A stretch of 64,000 bases of DNA from a virus. Where the stretch lies: the IMG/VR virus record IMGVR_UViG_3300032087_004567; one strand, 5' to 3'. The notes beneath the pieces are model-generated. The model was not told the DNA's origin. It did not search any database and saw only the letters and a program-made list of their open reading frames with translations. The translations under genes were made by a program, and so were the position numbers. Shown here in pieces: positions 1 to 9,215 of the stretch; positions within the stretch are counted from its first letter, which is position 1; every line of letters starts with the position of its first letter.

Positions 1-297
1 GATCTAGCATGGTCGGTAGAATTTGTAGAGCATGTTAAGAAGCCTTATATGCCTAACTTCTTACAATTATTTACTAGATGTAAATATGTTTGTATGACTC
101 ATGCTTTACCTAATCAGCCAGGCCATCATCATGTTAATTGCATGGTAGCAGAATATTGGTTTGGTGTAATGGAGGCAATTAATTTCTCAGTGTTAGTAGA
201 AGATACAAATAAGATGAGAGAGTCATCTACTATGAAAGAACGTTATATTAGACAGCAAGGTTATCTATTTAAGAATAACTTATTAGAAGACTTATAA
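1..297 (+). CDS. 5'-truncated putative class I SAM-dependent methyltransferase-like protein
   Basis: Frame is open from base 1 (DLAWSVEFVEHV...PGHHHVNC..YW), so the true start lies upstream of the window; motif resembles phage methyltransferase-like proteins. Confidence 0.45.
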   Translation, partial: DLAWSVEFVEHVKKPYMPNFLQLFTRCKYVCMTHALPNQPGHHHVNCMVAEYWFGVMEAINFSVLVEDTNKMRESSTMKERYIRQQGYLFKNNLLEDL

Positions 298-298
298 T

Positions 299-901
299 AT
301 GGTTCTTATGGAAGGGTTTGATGCATATAAAATGTATATTGCATTAAAGTTACACTTTACAACTAAGAGCTATAACTTCTTAGATTATAAAGGTAAGACG
401 AGGGCTAAAAGAAGTACATTTGAAAATAGAAATGATAGGTACTTCTTTAAGAAACTTTCTAATAGAAAAGATATGCAACAGTTTCTTGTAGCTAATTTTT
501 TAACTGGCAATAAATGGATAGGAAATTTAGTAAATGAAGAAGAAGCTGAAAAAGAATACTTTAAGTGGAAGAAACGTATTGAGTCATTATCGTATACGTT
601 TACAAACGACCTTGATAAGCTTGATGATGTACTTGAGAATAATATTTCAGTAAAAGATGGTCATCATCCAATCTTATTAAGAAAGTATATGAAGAAAGAA
701 ATATGTCCTGAAACTGTATTGATATTTCGAGATATAGTTAAGGAGATTAAATTTGATTTCTTCAATTATTGGGATAGAAAGATAGAAGAAAAAATTTTAT
801 GGCCTATGGAGAAACAAAAGCTGTTAAAGTATAGACCATTCTTCTCTATCGATCTGCCTAAATATAAAAGGATACTTGTTGATTTTTATAAGCAAGTATA
901 A
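299..901 (+). CDS. gp59: Helicase loader (T4 gp59-like)
   Basis: Y..Y.ALKLHFT, RNDRYFF.KL, HP.LL..Y and ICPET motifs; directly upstream of gp32 as in T4-like phages. Confidence 0.9.
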   Translation: MVLMEGFDAYKMYIALKLHFTTKSYNFLDYKGKTRAKRSTFENRNDRYFFKKLSNRKDMQQFLVANFLTGNKWIGNLVNEEEAEKEYFKWKKRIESLSYTFTNDLDKLDDVLENNISVKDGHHPILLRKYMKKEICPETVLIFRDIVKEIKFDFFNYWDRKIEEKILWPMEKQKLLKYRPFFSIDLPKYKRILVDFYKQV

Positions 902-907
902 TACAAT
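879..907 (+). promoter_or_regulatory. Putative sigma70-type promoter for gp32
   Basis: TTGATT (879-884), 17-bp spacer, TACAAT (902-907); AAGGAG RBS before ATG 964. Confidence 0.5.
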
Positions 908-963
908 AGTTAATATTATGCACAAAGTGGACAAATCGCAAACGAAATATAAGGAGAATAATT

Positions 964-1845
964 ATGGCTATGGACTTTAGTTCATTAAAGAAAAACCGTC
1001 AAACGGTATTCGATAATCTCACTTCTGAGATGAATAAACTCAATACACCTCAACAAACTAATCAATCAGATGATACACGTTTCTGGAAACCAACTGTAGA
1101 TAAAGCCGGTAATGGTTATGCTGTTATTAGATTTTTACCTGCACCAGAAGGTGAAGATGTTCAATTTGTAAGAGTATGGGATCATGGTTTTCAAGGACCT
1201 GGTGGTCAGTGGTATATTGAAAAGTCATTAACTACTATTGGTCAAAAAGATCCTGTATCAGAACATAATACTGAGTTATGGAATTCAGGTATTGAGGCTA
1301 ATAAAGATACAGTAAGAAAGCAAAAACGTAGACTTTCATACTATAGCAATATCTACGTTGTAAAAGATCCTTCTAACCCAGAGAATGAGGGTAAAGTCTT
1401 TTTATACAAGTATGGTAAAAAGATATTTGAGAAGTTAAATGATGCATGCAATCCAGAGTTTGAAGGTGAAACAGCAATTAATCCTTTTGACTTTTGGGAA
1501 GGTGCTAACTTTAAATTAAAGATTCGTAAGGTAGAAGGCTATCGTAATTATGATAAGTCTGAGTTTGATGTACCTAGTGCATTATCAGAAGATGATGCTG
1601 CATTAGAGAAGATCTGGAAACAGCAACATAAGCTTGCCGAGTTTGTAGATCCAAGTAACTTTAAAACTTACGATGAATTAAAAACTAAACTACATCGTGT
1701 ACTAGGTTTAAATGGTAGTAGTAATATGACTTCTAACATAGAAGAGGCTGCTAGTCCTGCAATGAAAGAGACTAAAGCACCTGTATTACAGACTGCTGAA
1801 GACGATGAAGATTTAGAAATGTTTAAGAAGTTAGCTAACGATTAA
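964..1845 (+). CDS. gp32: Single-stranded DNA-binding protein (T4 gp32-like)
   Basis: DTRFWKP..DKAGNGYAVIRFLPA, GKVFLYKYGKKIF, NYDKSEF, acidic C-terminal tail. Confidence 0.97.
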   Translation: MAMDFSSLKKNRQTVFDNLTSEMNKLNTPQQTNQSDDTRFWKPTVDKAGNGYAVIRFLPAPEGEDVQFVRVWDHGFQGPGGQWYIEKSLTTIGQKDPVSEHNTELWNSGIEANKDTVRKQKRRLSYYSNIYVVKDPSNPENEGKVFLYKYGKKIFEKLNDACNPEFEGETAINPFDFWEGANFKLKIRKVEGYRNYDKSEFDVPSALSEDDAALEKIWKQQHKLAEFVDPSNFKTYDELKTKLHRVLGLNGSSNMTSNIEEAASPAMKETKAPVLQTAEDDEDLEMFKKLAND

Positions 1846-3731
1846 GTACTATGACGTACATCGTCATTTAAACTACCTCTATTAGCTATGGTGTCAAGGA
1901 GAGGAATATCTTGTTTTTGCTCTCCTTTGGCATCTATTATTTGACTATTATCAAAATTTGCAACAGTTGTTCCTCCTCCCATACCAGCACCATCTACATT
2001 TTCAGAAGCACTAGCAATTATGTTACCCATATTAGAACGACTAGGATCAAGCCCTGCTGCTTCACCTGCAAAAGCAGAATAACTTTGACTATCTGATAAA
2101 GTAGTTGCAGCACTTTGATCACCAAATGAAAATAATCCAGGTGCACCAGTTTTTAAAGGATTGTAAGTATTTTCTTTACCAAAGTCTGATTTAGGTCTAT
2201 GTTCAAAGTGTAGATGTGCACCATATGCATCATTTTCTATCTCTCCACCTTTACTTTTTCCACTCGCACCTGTTTTACCTATTACTTGTCCTGGCTGTAC
2301 AACATCACCTGCTTTTACATTATAATTATCCAAATGTGCAAATCTTAGTACATCATTTTTACCAACTTCTACATCGATTGTTCTACCATATCCTGTTTGC
2401 GCTTGTGCCCTTTTAACAATACCAGGGACAAGCATAGTAATAGGAGTACCTTTAGGTGAAAGAAAATCAACACCTGCATGTAAGCTTGTTCCAGATTTAG
2501 TTTTTCTCATACCATATCTTGAATTAATTGGTATCTCATTTGGTTTACCTTTTTGGTAACTTACATTTTCATCTCCTGTACCTGGTGAATTGTCTTTCTT
2601 ATCCCCATCACTTTTTTGTTTTGTATATGATCTACCTTCTTTTGGTTCAAAATCTTTAGATGATTCAGCAGTAGGCGCTTCTACATTAGGTCTAATATCT
2701 GGCTTAGGTGCTGGTGCTGCAGCAGCTGGCGCAGGGGGGGTTGTAGGTTCTTTTTGCTCTACTTGTGCATCTGTATCTGTATCAAATCCTAACTCTTTTG
2801 CACCGGTCATATCTTGACCTTCTATTTCTTTTTCAATCTTTTTAATATCAGCTTCTGTTTTTGCTAATTCAGAATCAGTATCTGCATCATCACCTTCATC
2901 AGGTACATAATCTTCATCTGATAGATCTTCGTCAGTAATTTGATCAGTTGTTTCTTTTAGTTTATCATAGGTTAACATACCACCGGCCAATGCTGCTAAT
3001 GCACCTACCTTCTTTAAACCACTCATTCTTCTAAACATAGTTTTACTTGCAATAATTAATGCTGATATTATTCCTATGTTATCATTAAGTAGTTGTAACG
3101 GTTTTTTACCGAATACATTCTCTATATTTTCACTTATACTACTAAGTGTTTGACCTAGTTTACTTTCCTCTCCTGTTTCTTTTTCTAAACCTAATAGCCC
3201 GGTAAAGAAACCACCAAACCAATTAGTTATTTTTTCTTTAGTTTCTTTTGGTAAAATAGAATAAACAAGACCAGAAAATGCAGCAATCATTGCAGGTGAT
3301 AATAAAAGAGATTTAATAATACTTCCTATACCTTCTTTATCCTCAGGTTTAGGATCTGTTATACGAGTTGCATCTGGAACTTTTTTACCTTCCATTGCTT
3401 CTTCTTCTGCAGCATATTCAGCAGCTCGCGCTTCATCTTTTTTATCACCTAGCATTTCATTAAATAATAATCCTAATGAGCTTAGACTATTATTAATACT
3501 TGAAAGTGACATGGAAACAGAAGAAAGATTATTCATAATAACTTCTCTACTTTGTTGTGCAGCAGCCTCCATCTTAGGATCGACCATTGACTCTTCACGT
3601 CTTACTTCTGTAACGTTACGAGTAGAAAGATTTATTATAGTACTAGATTTCTGTGCTGCTTTGTTAACAGCTTGTGCTCTAGCTTGTCTTCTTTTTTTAA
3701 GTTGTCTTTTCTTTTTTCTATTTTTAGCCAT
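1842..3731 (-). CDS. Tape-measure/baseplate-hub-like protein with C-terminal M23 peptidase (peptidoglycan hydrolase)
   Basis: HAGVD (HxxxD), GYG, RFAHL and HLHFE (HxH) M23 motifs; helical/hydrophobic N-half; acidic Pro/Ala-rich linker. Confidence 0.75.
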   Translation of the reverse strand: MAKNRKKKRQLKKRRQARAQAVNKAAQKSSTIINLSTRNVTEVRREESMVDPKMEAAAQQSREVIMNNLSSVSMSLSSINNSLSSLGLLFNEMLGDKKDEARAAEYAAEEEAMEGKKVPDATRITDPKPEDKEGIGSIIKSLLLSPAMIAAFSGLVYSILPKETKEKITNWFGGFFTGLLGLEKETGEESKLGQTLSSISENIENVFGKKPLQLLNDNIGIISALIIASKTMFRRMSGLKKVGALAALAGGMLTYDKLKETTDQITDEDLSDEDYVPDEGDDADTDSELAKTEADIKKIEKEIEGQDMTGAKELGFDTDTDAQVEQKEPTTPPAPAAAAPAPKPDIRPNVEAPTAESSKDFEPKEGRSYTKQKSDGDKKDNSPGTGDENVSYQKGKPNEIPINSRYGMRKTKSGTSLHAGVDFLSPKGTPITMLVPGIVKRAQAQTGYGRTIDVEVGKNDVLRFAHLDNYNVKAGDVVQPGQVIGKTGASGKSKGGEIENDAYGAHLHFEHRPKSDFGKENTYNPLKTGAPGLFSFGDQSAATTLSDSQSYSAFAGEAAGLDPSRSNMGNIIASASENVDGAGMGGGTTVANFDNSQIIDAKGEQKQDIPLLDTIANRGSLNDDVRHST

Positions 3732-5179
3732 TATTGTCCCATTGCCAGTACAGGGTATGTTGAATTATTATTTAGTGTAATATTAACTTGCTCTGAACCT
3801 TTTCTAGCACTCTTATTTGATTCTGACTTTGCACCTACATTACTGCCTGTATTTACAGGAATAGTTTCTTGCTGACTCTGTTCCATTTGTGGAGCAGATT
3901 TTTTTATCGCCTCACTTTGCTCAGCTTTTAAATTTTCAAGTCGTTCTTTTTTCTTTTCTAAACCTTTTGCTGATATACCAATAGTACTATTTATTCCTGT
4001 TTTTCTTCTACCTGTATCTATTTCCTCTTGTAGTCTATCTATTTCTTTTTGTCGTTTCTCTATCTTTTTTTGTTCCTTATCAGCAAATATAAGATCAGAT
4101 AAACCAAAAGAGAGCGCTGATGCTAAATTTTTACTAAAGTCTGTCATATATGGTTTTGCAAGGTCTAATGGTCCTTTTGTTTCATTAGATTGTGCTTCTG
4201 GTCTAAATTTTTCAAACATTTCCTCACCTGATTTATATGGTAATTCCGGATCAGGTTGTATACTACCTGTCATTGCATTTATTACAGTCATCATTGCAGC
4301 CTCTGCAACAGCGGCAGCAGCAAAACCAACAAGAAAAAGCGGACCTAAAGTTAAAGAGAATCCTTTTATTACCTTACCTATATTTCTTACAACATTAACT
4401 AAAGCCTTAATTCTCTTTCTCATTGCCATTCTTCTTTGTCTTGCTCTTACTTTATCTTTATAGACATCATCTGCAAATCTTTTCATTCTTCTATCACGTT
4501 TTGTTATAAGTCTAATGTTAGCTCGTATACGCTTTTTTTCTTTTATAGTAGCAAGTCTTTGTCTTGCTGCTTTTCTTCTTTCTTTATTTACTGCTCTTTT
4601 TTGCTTACGTACTTCTTTATCAGCACTTATAACTGTATCGGAACCAAATATAATATTAAATAATAAAGAACCTAGACCTGTTAACATTCTAGTTAATGCT
4701 TTAATAAATGGTGTAATAAACTTTCCTATCTTAACTAAGAATAAAGCCGATAGTAACCCTCCTAGACCTAAGAGACCTGCTTTTAATTTTCCTATACTTT
4801 CATCATTAAGTCCTAAAAGACCTTTTAGAAAATTTGCGAAATAATTTCTAGATTCTTCATTAAGAAGTAATCCTACTATTGCACCTAAACCTAGTAAATT
4901 AAATCCTTGTTTAGTCATAGATTTTTTAGGAGGTTCAGTTACTGGTGTAGTATCTGGTTTTGGATCGGTAATTACTTCAGGCTGTTCTACTGGTTCAAAA
5001 TCAAAAAATTGACGTATTGAATTAACTAAGTTTTTAACTGTATTATCTGTTTCTTTAGTTATATCATCAAGTTCACTAAATTGTTCTTTTGCAGCAATAA
5101 AAAAGCTCATACTACTCATTGCCGATTGTGCAGCAGATACTTTAGCTTCTTGTAGTTCTAATTCTAGTTGTTCAGCCAT
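3731..5179 (-). CDS. Tape-measure-like helical protein, paralog of 1842..3731
   Basis: Helical and hydrophobic segments, very basic central region, shared ITDPKP and F..GLLGL motifs; follows gp26/gp51. Confidence 0.5.
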   Translation of the reverse strand: MAEQLELELQEAKVSAAQSAMSSMSFFIAAKEQFSELDDITKETDNTVKNLVNSIRQFFDFEPVEQPEVITDPKPDTTPVTEPPKKSMTKQGFNLLGLGAIVGLLLNEESRNYFANFLKGLLGLNDESIGKLKAGLLGLGGLLSALFLVKIGKFITPFIKALTRMLTGLGSLLFNIIFGSDTVISADKEVRKQKRAVNKERRKAARQRLATIKEKKRIRANIRLITKRDRRMKRFADDVYKDKVRARQRRMAMRKRIKALVNVVRNIGKVIKGFSLTLGPLFLVGFAAAAVAEAAMMTVINAMTGSIQPDPELPYKSGEEMFEKFRPEAQSNETKGPLDLAKPYMTDFSKNLASALSFGLSDLIFADKEQKKIEKRQKEIDRLQEEIDTGRRKTGINSTIGISAKGLEKKKERLENLKAEQSEAIKKSAPQMEQSQQETIPVNTGSNVGAKSESNKSARKGSEQVNITLNNNSTYPVLAMGQ

Positions 5180-5363
5180 TCTTATGCTTTAATCTCTCTT
5201 GTTCTCTTTCCAAATAATCTTTTAACATATCAACATAAATGTCTCTTTCATAAGGCATCATATTTTCAATCTCTGTTACAGACCATTTGTGGTGCTGAGC
5301 CAAACTAAAAATTAAAGTATAATAGTTTGAAAGGTTATTGTGACTCAGCCCAACGTAAAAAAA
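5172..5363 (-). CDS. gp51: gp51-like baseplate hub assembly frame (63 codons), probably reached by -1 frameshift from gp26; absent from the ORF track
   Basis: Manual translation FFYVGLSHNNLSNYYTLIFSLAQHHKWSVTEIENMMPYERDIYVDMLKDYLEREQERLKHKNG*; L.QHHK.S..EIENM.P.ER.IY is the cyanophage-type gp51 pattern. Confidence 0.8.
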   Translation of the reverse strand, partial: FFYVGLSHNNLSNYYTLIFSLAQHHKWSVTEIENMMPYERDIYVDMLKDYLEREQERLKHKNG

Positions 5364-6055
5364 TCATTTAACGTCTCCAATCTTACTACTCTTTCATTAC
5401 CAAGACTATTTGTATATTTTAATTCATGATATAATCTAGGAATAGTTTCGTAAAACTTTTGAATCTTATTAAATGTCTTAACATCTAAATCTTGTATAAA
5501 TTCCTCTAATTCTTCATCAGATGAATCTAAAGCATTATATTCATTCTTACCTTCATAGATTATATCAATACTACTCTTTAACATTTCAAAGAATACATCA
5601 GTTTGATTCTTTGCATCTTTTAATTTTTCTGTAATACTTACTTTAGGATACTTCATAGTAAATCCTATTTCTTTATTAATCTCAATTTTGTTATTATGAT
5701 CTTCAAATGTTTTTACTTCTACTTCATCTAAATTTAACTCTAAATCATAACTTTTTTTATCTTCATTATCTTTGTAACGCAACTTAATTATATTATTTAC
5801 TGATCTAGATCTTAATTTTAAAAAAATATATTCTATATCAAAAGTTGCAAGTTCGTCTAATTCTACATCACTTTCAATAATACAATTACTAATAACCTGT
5901 TTTAATGAATTTAATATTTCATCAGTATCTTCACTCTGTGATGCCATTAATAATACTTTTTCTTCTTTAACTAGAAAAGGTCTTAATTTAATTTTTTTAC
6001 CATTTGATGGTAATGTCAATTCAAAAGTCGGATGACTTATCTTTGGTAACGCCAT
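5345..6055 (-). CDS. gp26: Baseplate hub assembly protein / tail chaperone (gp26-like)
   Basis: MALPKI..P.FEL.LPS, RPFLVKEEK.LL, FDIEYIFLKLR.RSV; AGGAG RBS. Confidence 0.9.
   Translation of the reverse strand: MALPKISHPTFELTLPSNGKKIKLRPFLVKEEKVLLMASQSEDTDEILNSLKQVISNCIIESDVELDELATFDIEYIFLKLRSRSVNNIIKLRYKDNEDKKSYDLELNLDEVEVKTFEDHNNKIEINKEIGFTMKYPKVSITEKLKDAKNQTDVFFEMLKSSIDIIYEGKNEYNALDSSDEELEEFIQDLDVKTFNKIQKFYETIPRLYHELKYTNSLGNERVVRLETLNDFFTLG
5357..5363 (-). other. Candidate -1 programmed ribosomal frameshift heptamer T_TTT_TTT
   Basis: GAT TTT TTT ACG TTG GGC TGA in the gp26 frame; the -1 frame continues into the gp51-like ORF. Confidence 0.75.
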
Positions 6056-6067
6056 TATATCTCCTTA

Positions 6068-6997
6068 TTATCTCAATCCACCTATTGCTATCTTTGTATT
6101 GTTTATAACATTAATTACATCTGCAACACCCTGTGGTTTACGTAAACCACCTAGTACTTGCACTGCATTTCCTACTTTAATTAATTTTTGTAAAACACTT
6201 TCTTCTCTTTCTTGTTGAATTTGTCTTACATTTATTCTTTCTATCTTCCAATTAAAATATGTAAACGTAATTGGTAATCTTGCAATGTTATCATTATCAC
6301 CCCATGATAGACCAATATCACCCATAAAGATTGGAAATATATCTCTAAAGCGAACATTTACTATATCATTATTACTTTCATCAACTGTTGTTACTAGCAT
6401 ATCAGTTGCATAATTTTCTTTATAATTTACCCCAAATGGATGAGGATTAAAAACTGAACGTGTATCTATTTGATTATCGCTTTGAGGAACTTTAGAATGA
6501 TATGGCATTTCGTCAAACATAATAATACCATTTATCCAATCATTAAAAAAGTTTTGTACTACACCAGATCCATCAACAAAGAAAGATAGTGTTGTGTCAA
6601 CAAATACTGGTGAATAAGGTTTTCTTTCTAATGGTCCAGTTCCATATCTTCTTATTTCAGAAGTAGCTAACGATATACCTGGTAATGTTGCTGATTCAGT
6701 TAAAAAAGCTAAACTTCTGGCTTCATCAGATCTATTTGCCATCATTGGAGGTGGGAATATCTCTACATAAAAATAATTTGGCTTAGTAAAACTATTTAAT
6801 CTATTAATATTAGAGATAAGATTGTTCATATCTCTTCTATTCTCTTTTGGTGCTAATCCTTCACCTGTATTAAAAATACCTTTTATTGCTTTTCTTATAC
6901 CAGCAGGTACACCAGGAAAGTCAGCTACAGCTCCAGCAACACCAGCTACATCTCGTGCTTTAGATATTCCTTTTTGAATTTGATCTGATATTGCCAT
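6068..6997 (-). CDS. gp54: Tail-tube-fold baseplate protein / tube initiator (gp54/gp19-like)
   Basis: KPN.F.V.I..P, ESATLPG, PY...F...TLSF, IFP...G.I.LSW, L.ITFTY..W motifs of the T4 tube family. Confidence 0.7.
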   Translation of the reverse strand: MAISDQIQKGISKARDVAGVAGAVADFPGVPAGIRKAIKGIFNTGEGLAPKENRRDMNNLISNINRLNSFTKPNYFYVEIFPPPMMANRSDEARSLAFLTESATLPGISLATSEIRRYGTGPLERKPYSPVFVDTTLSFFVDGSGVVQNFFNDWINGIIMFDEMPYHSKVPQSDNQIDTRSVFNPHPFGVNYKENYATDMLVTTVDESNNDIVNVRFRDIFPIFMGDIGLSWGDNDNIARLPITFTYFNWKIERINVRQIQQEREESVLQKLIKVGNAVQVLGGLRKPQGVADVINVINNTKIAIGGLR

Positions 6998-7602
6998 TAA
7001 CTTCTGCCTCTAACGTTATTATAGTTTCTTATAGTTCTTAAACTATCTCTATGAACTACATTTATATTTGCTTTTCTAAATCTTTGTAATGGTAAGAATA
7101 AAGCAACCTCCCATTGATCTGGAGGTACCATTATAAATCTACTTCTTACCTGAGTATTTAGATAGTATTTAAAACAAGGTCTAAAAAATCTTAACTTTCT
7201 TAATGTTTTTAATCTATCATAAGTCATTCTAATTCTAGTCATTAAATCACCAGTACCAGTTACAAACTTGTATAAATTATCCATTAACATTGCTCTATAG
7301 GTTAATGGCAGATAATGCATATTAATTCCAGTAAATCCTTCTTCTTTTACATCTATTAAAAATATAACTGGAAACATATCATAATATGGTAGTTCCATTC
7401 TTAGCTTTGGATTATATTTAAACAGATATAACCTGCCTGGTAATAATCTATTAGTACCAAGACTTTGTGATGTCTTAGTTATTACACTTTGTGTATTTTT
7501 TATTTCTGCCTGTTGTGCTGTTTCTCTAAACCATAATCTTGCATCAACAACTCTATCTTCAGGTATCTTATCATTTAAAAAGTCGGTAAACTTAATTGCC
7601 AT
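6997..7602 (-). CDS. gp2: DNA end protector protein
   Basis: PG.LY.F.Y.PK...LPYYD.FP, G.N.HYLP...R, PC.K.YL, W..A.FLP..RF. Confidence 0.92.
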   Translation of the reverse strand: MAIKFTDFLNDKIPEDRVVDARLWFRETAQQAEIKNTQSVITKTSQSLGTNRLLPGRLYLFKYNPKLRMELPYYDMFPVIFLIDVKEEGFTGINMHYLPLTYRAMLMDNLYKFVTGTGDLMTRIRMTYDRLKTLRKLRFFRPCFKYYLNTQVRSRFIMVPPDQWEVALFLPLQRFRKANINVVHRDSLRTIRNYNNVRGRS

Positions 7603-8024
7603 TATTTAATACCAAGTTCTTTTTCCGTCATAATCATAAATTTCCATTTTCTATCTTCGCAGAATGCTTTAGCAGCTTTCCATTTAGCTGTATTAATACC
7701 ATATGTTCTAACCTCATTAATATATCTTCTATTAGCCTTTTGTTTAATTTTTGGTGGTCGAACTTGTATACCTGGCTTTACTTCAATAACTATTGTCTCA
7801 TTCTTCTTTTTAACTAGAAAATCTGGATAATAACGATGTATCCTCCCATCTATTGGTGATCTATAAGGAATAGAAAATTCTTCAGATGCCCATTCAACTA
7901 TATCAGAATGGCTATCTAAATATATCATAAGCTTTAGTTCCCAATTACTACGATAAATAATATTGAGAGGGTTACCAATATATTTTTTAGGATTTTTGGG
8001 CCTGAAGATTCCTTTATAACTCAT
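7602..8024 (-). CDS. gp4: Head completion nuclease; start re-assigned to ATG 8024 (MSYKG)
   Basis: YKG.F.P.NP.KY.G, YRS.WE, W.SEE..IPY, HRYYPDF, IEVKP, N.AKW.AA. Confidence 0.95.
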   Translation of the reverse strand: MSYKGIFRPKNPKKYIGNPLNIIYRSNWELKLMIYLDSHSDIVEWASEEFSIPYRSPIDGRIHRYYPDFLVKKKNETIVIEVKPGIQVRPPKIKQKANRRYINEVRTYGINTAKWKAAKAFCEDRKWKFMIMTEKELGIK

Positions 8025-8029
8025 AGAGA

Positions 8030-8037
8030 TATTTATG
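8030..8037 (-). promoter_or_regulatory. T4-type late promoter variant CATAAATA for the gp4 operon
   Basis: CATAAATA 5 nt before the gp4 ATG; overlaps the gp48 start codon on the opposite strand. Confidence 0.65.
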
Positions 8038-9213
8038 CCGTTTAAGCCAGAAGACATTTTAAAACAAGCAACTTCATTATCACAACAATTTGATAAGTCA
8101 TTTAAGTCAAGTGTTGATTCATTTGCAACTAGAGCAGATGGATTTGTGAAAAGCGCACCAACAAGTTTAGGTCAAAATCTACCTACAATTAATGATTTAG
8201 CAGGTAAGTTAGGAAAACTAGGATCATCTATATCAGGTTCAGTTAATGGTGCATTAAATCAACTAGGTCAAATTGGATCATTTACTAAGTTTCAGGATAC
8301 ATTTATACCTCCTTCTAAATTAGAAGATATTACACCAGAAGAAGCAAGACTAAAAGGAAGGCAATTTATATTTAAAGGAGATTTAACATACCCTATTGAC
8401 CTAGCAAATTATTTTATTAGCTTTAAATTTAAAGAATATGAAAGAAAAATACCTTTAGGAGAAAAGAAAGAATTTCCTGTATTAACTGTCAATCTTCCTG
8501 TACCTGGTAATCTATCTGAAAATTTTAATATGAATTATGCTGATGCAGAATTAGGGTTGTTAGGAATGCTAGATGAAAACATTCAAAAAGAAACAGTTGG
8601 TAAAATAACAAGTCTAGGAGGTGCAGATGGTGCTGAAGCTACAGGAAAGGGTTTAAGAGAAACTATTACTGATCCTACAGCATTAGGATATGCAGGTAGA
8701 AAGGTTGCAGGTATAGTAGATGCAGCATCTGGTTTAAATACAACCGGTGTAACACAAAAGCTAACTGGTGCAGTTCTTAACCCTTTTCAGACTTTATTAT
8801 TTCAAGGTACTAATTTAAGATCACATACATTTGAATATAGGTTTTCACCTAGATCTAAAAAAGAAACAGAAATATTAAAAAAGATTATTAACGAATTCAA
8901 AAAGAGAATGCACCCAGGTAAAAAAGGATTTCTGTTTACCTTCCCACAAGTTGTCGATATTGAGTTTGGTATGGGTGCCGAAGCTGAACCTTACTTTTTT
9001 AAAACATGCTTTCTAGAAAGCATGGGTGTAAATTATGCACCATCTGGCATACCTGCATTTTTTGGTAATTCAGCTGATCCAGTTGAAATTAATCTATCAT
9101 TAACATTAAAAGAGATTACACCGCTTACTAGTGAAGATTTTGGTGGATCTAAAAATGAAGTTAATATACCTTATCAAGGTATGAAATTTGATAACGAAAA
9201 TAATAACGGATAA
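8035..9213 (+). CDS. gp48: Baseplate tail-tube cap
   Basis: YP.D, LP.P..L, NP....LF.G..LR.H.F.Y.FSPRS..E, C.LES..VNY.P, L.L.LKEI. Confidence 0.85.
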   Translation: MPFKPEDILKQATSLSQQFDKSFKSSVDSFATRADGFVKSAPTSLGQNLPTINDLAGKLGKLGSSISGSVNGALNQLGQIGSFTKFQDTFIPPSKLEDITPEEARLKGRQFIFKGDLTYPIDLANYFISFKFKEYERKIPLGEKKEFPVLTVNLPVPGNLSENFNMNYADAELGLLGMLDENIQKETVGKITSLGGADGAEATGKGLRETITDPTALGYAGRKVAGIVDAASGLNTTGVTQKLTGAVLNPFQTLLFQGTNLRSHTFEYRFSPRSKKETEILKKIINEFKKRMHPGKKGFLFTFPQVVDIEFGMGAEAEPYFFKTCFLESMGVNYAPSGIPAFFGNSADPVEINLSLTLKEITPLTSEDFGGSKNEVNIPYQGMKFDNENNNG

Positions 9214-9215
9214 AA

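Noticed and set aside
1911-4844. Plus-strand ORFs antisense to the tape-measure-like genes
   Set aside because: Shadow frames of long minus-strand genes; F/L/S-rich, no RBS or recognisable motifs
8025-8057. ORF-track N-terminal extension of gp4 (MSSGLNGINIS)
   Set aside because: Overlaps gp48 and the late promoter; the conserved gp4 N-terminus starts at MSYKG (8024)
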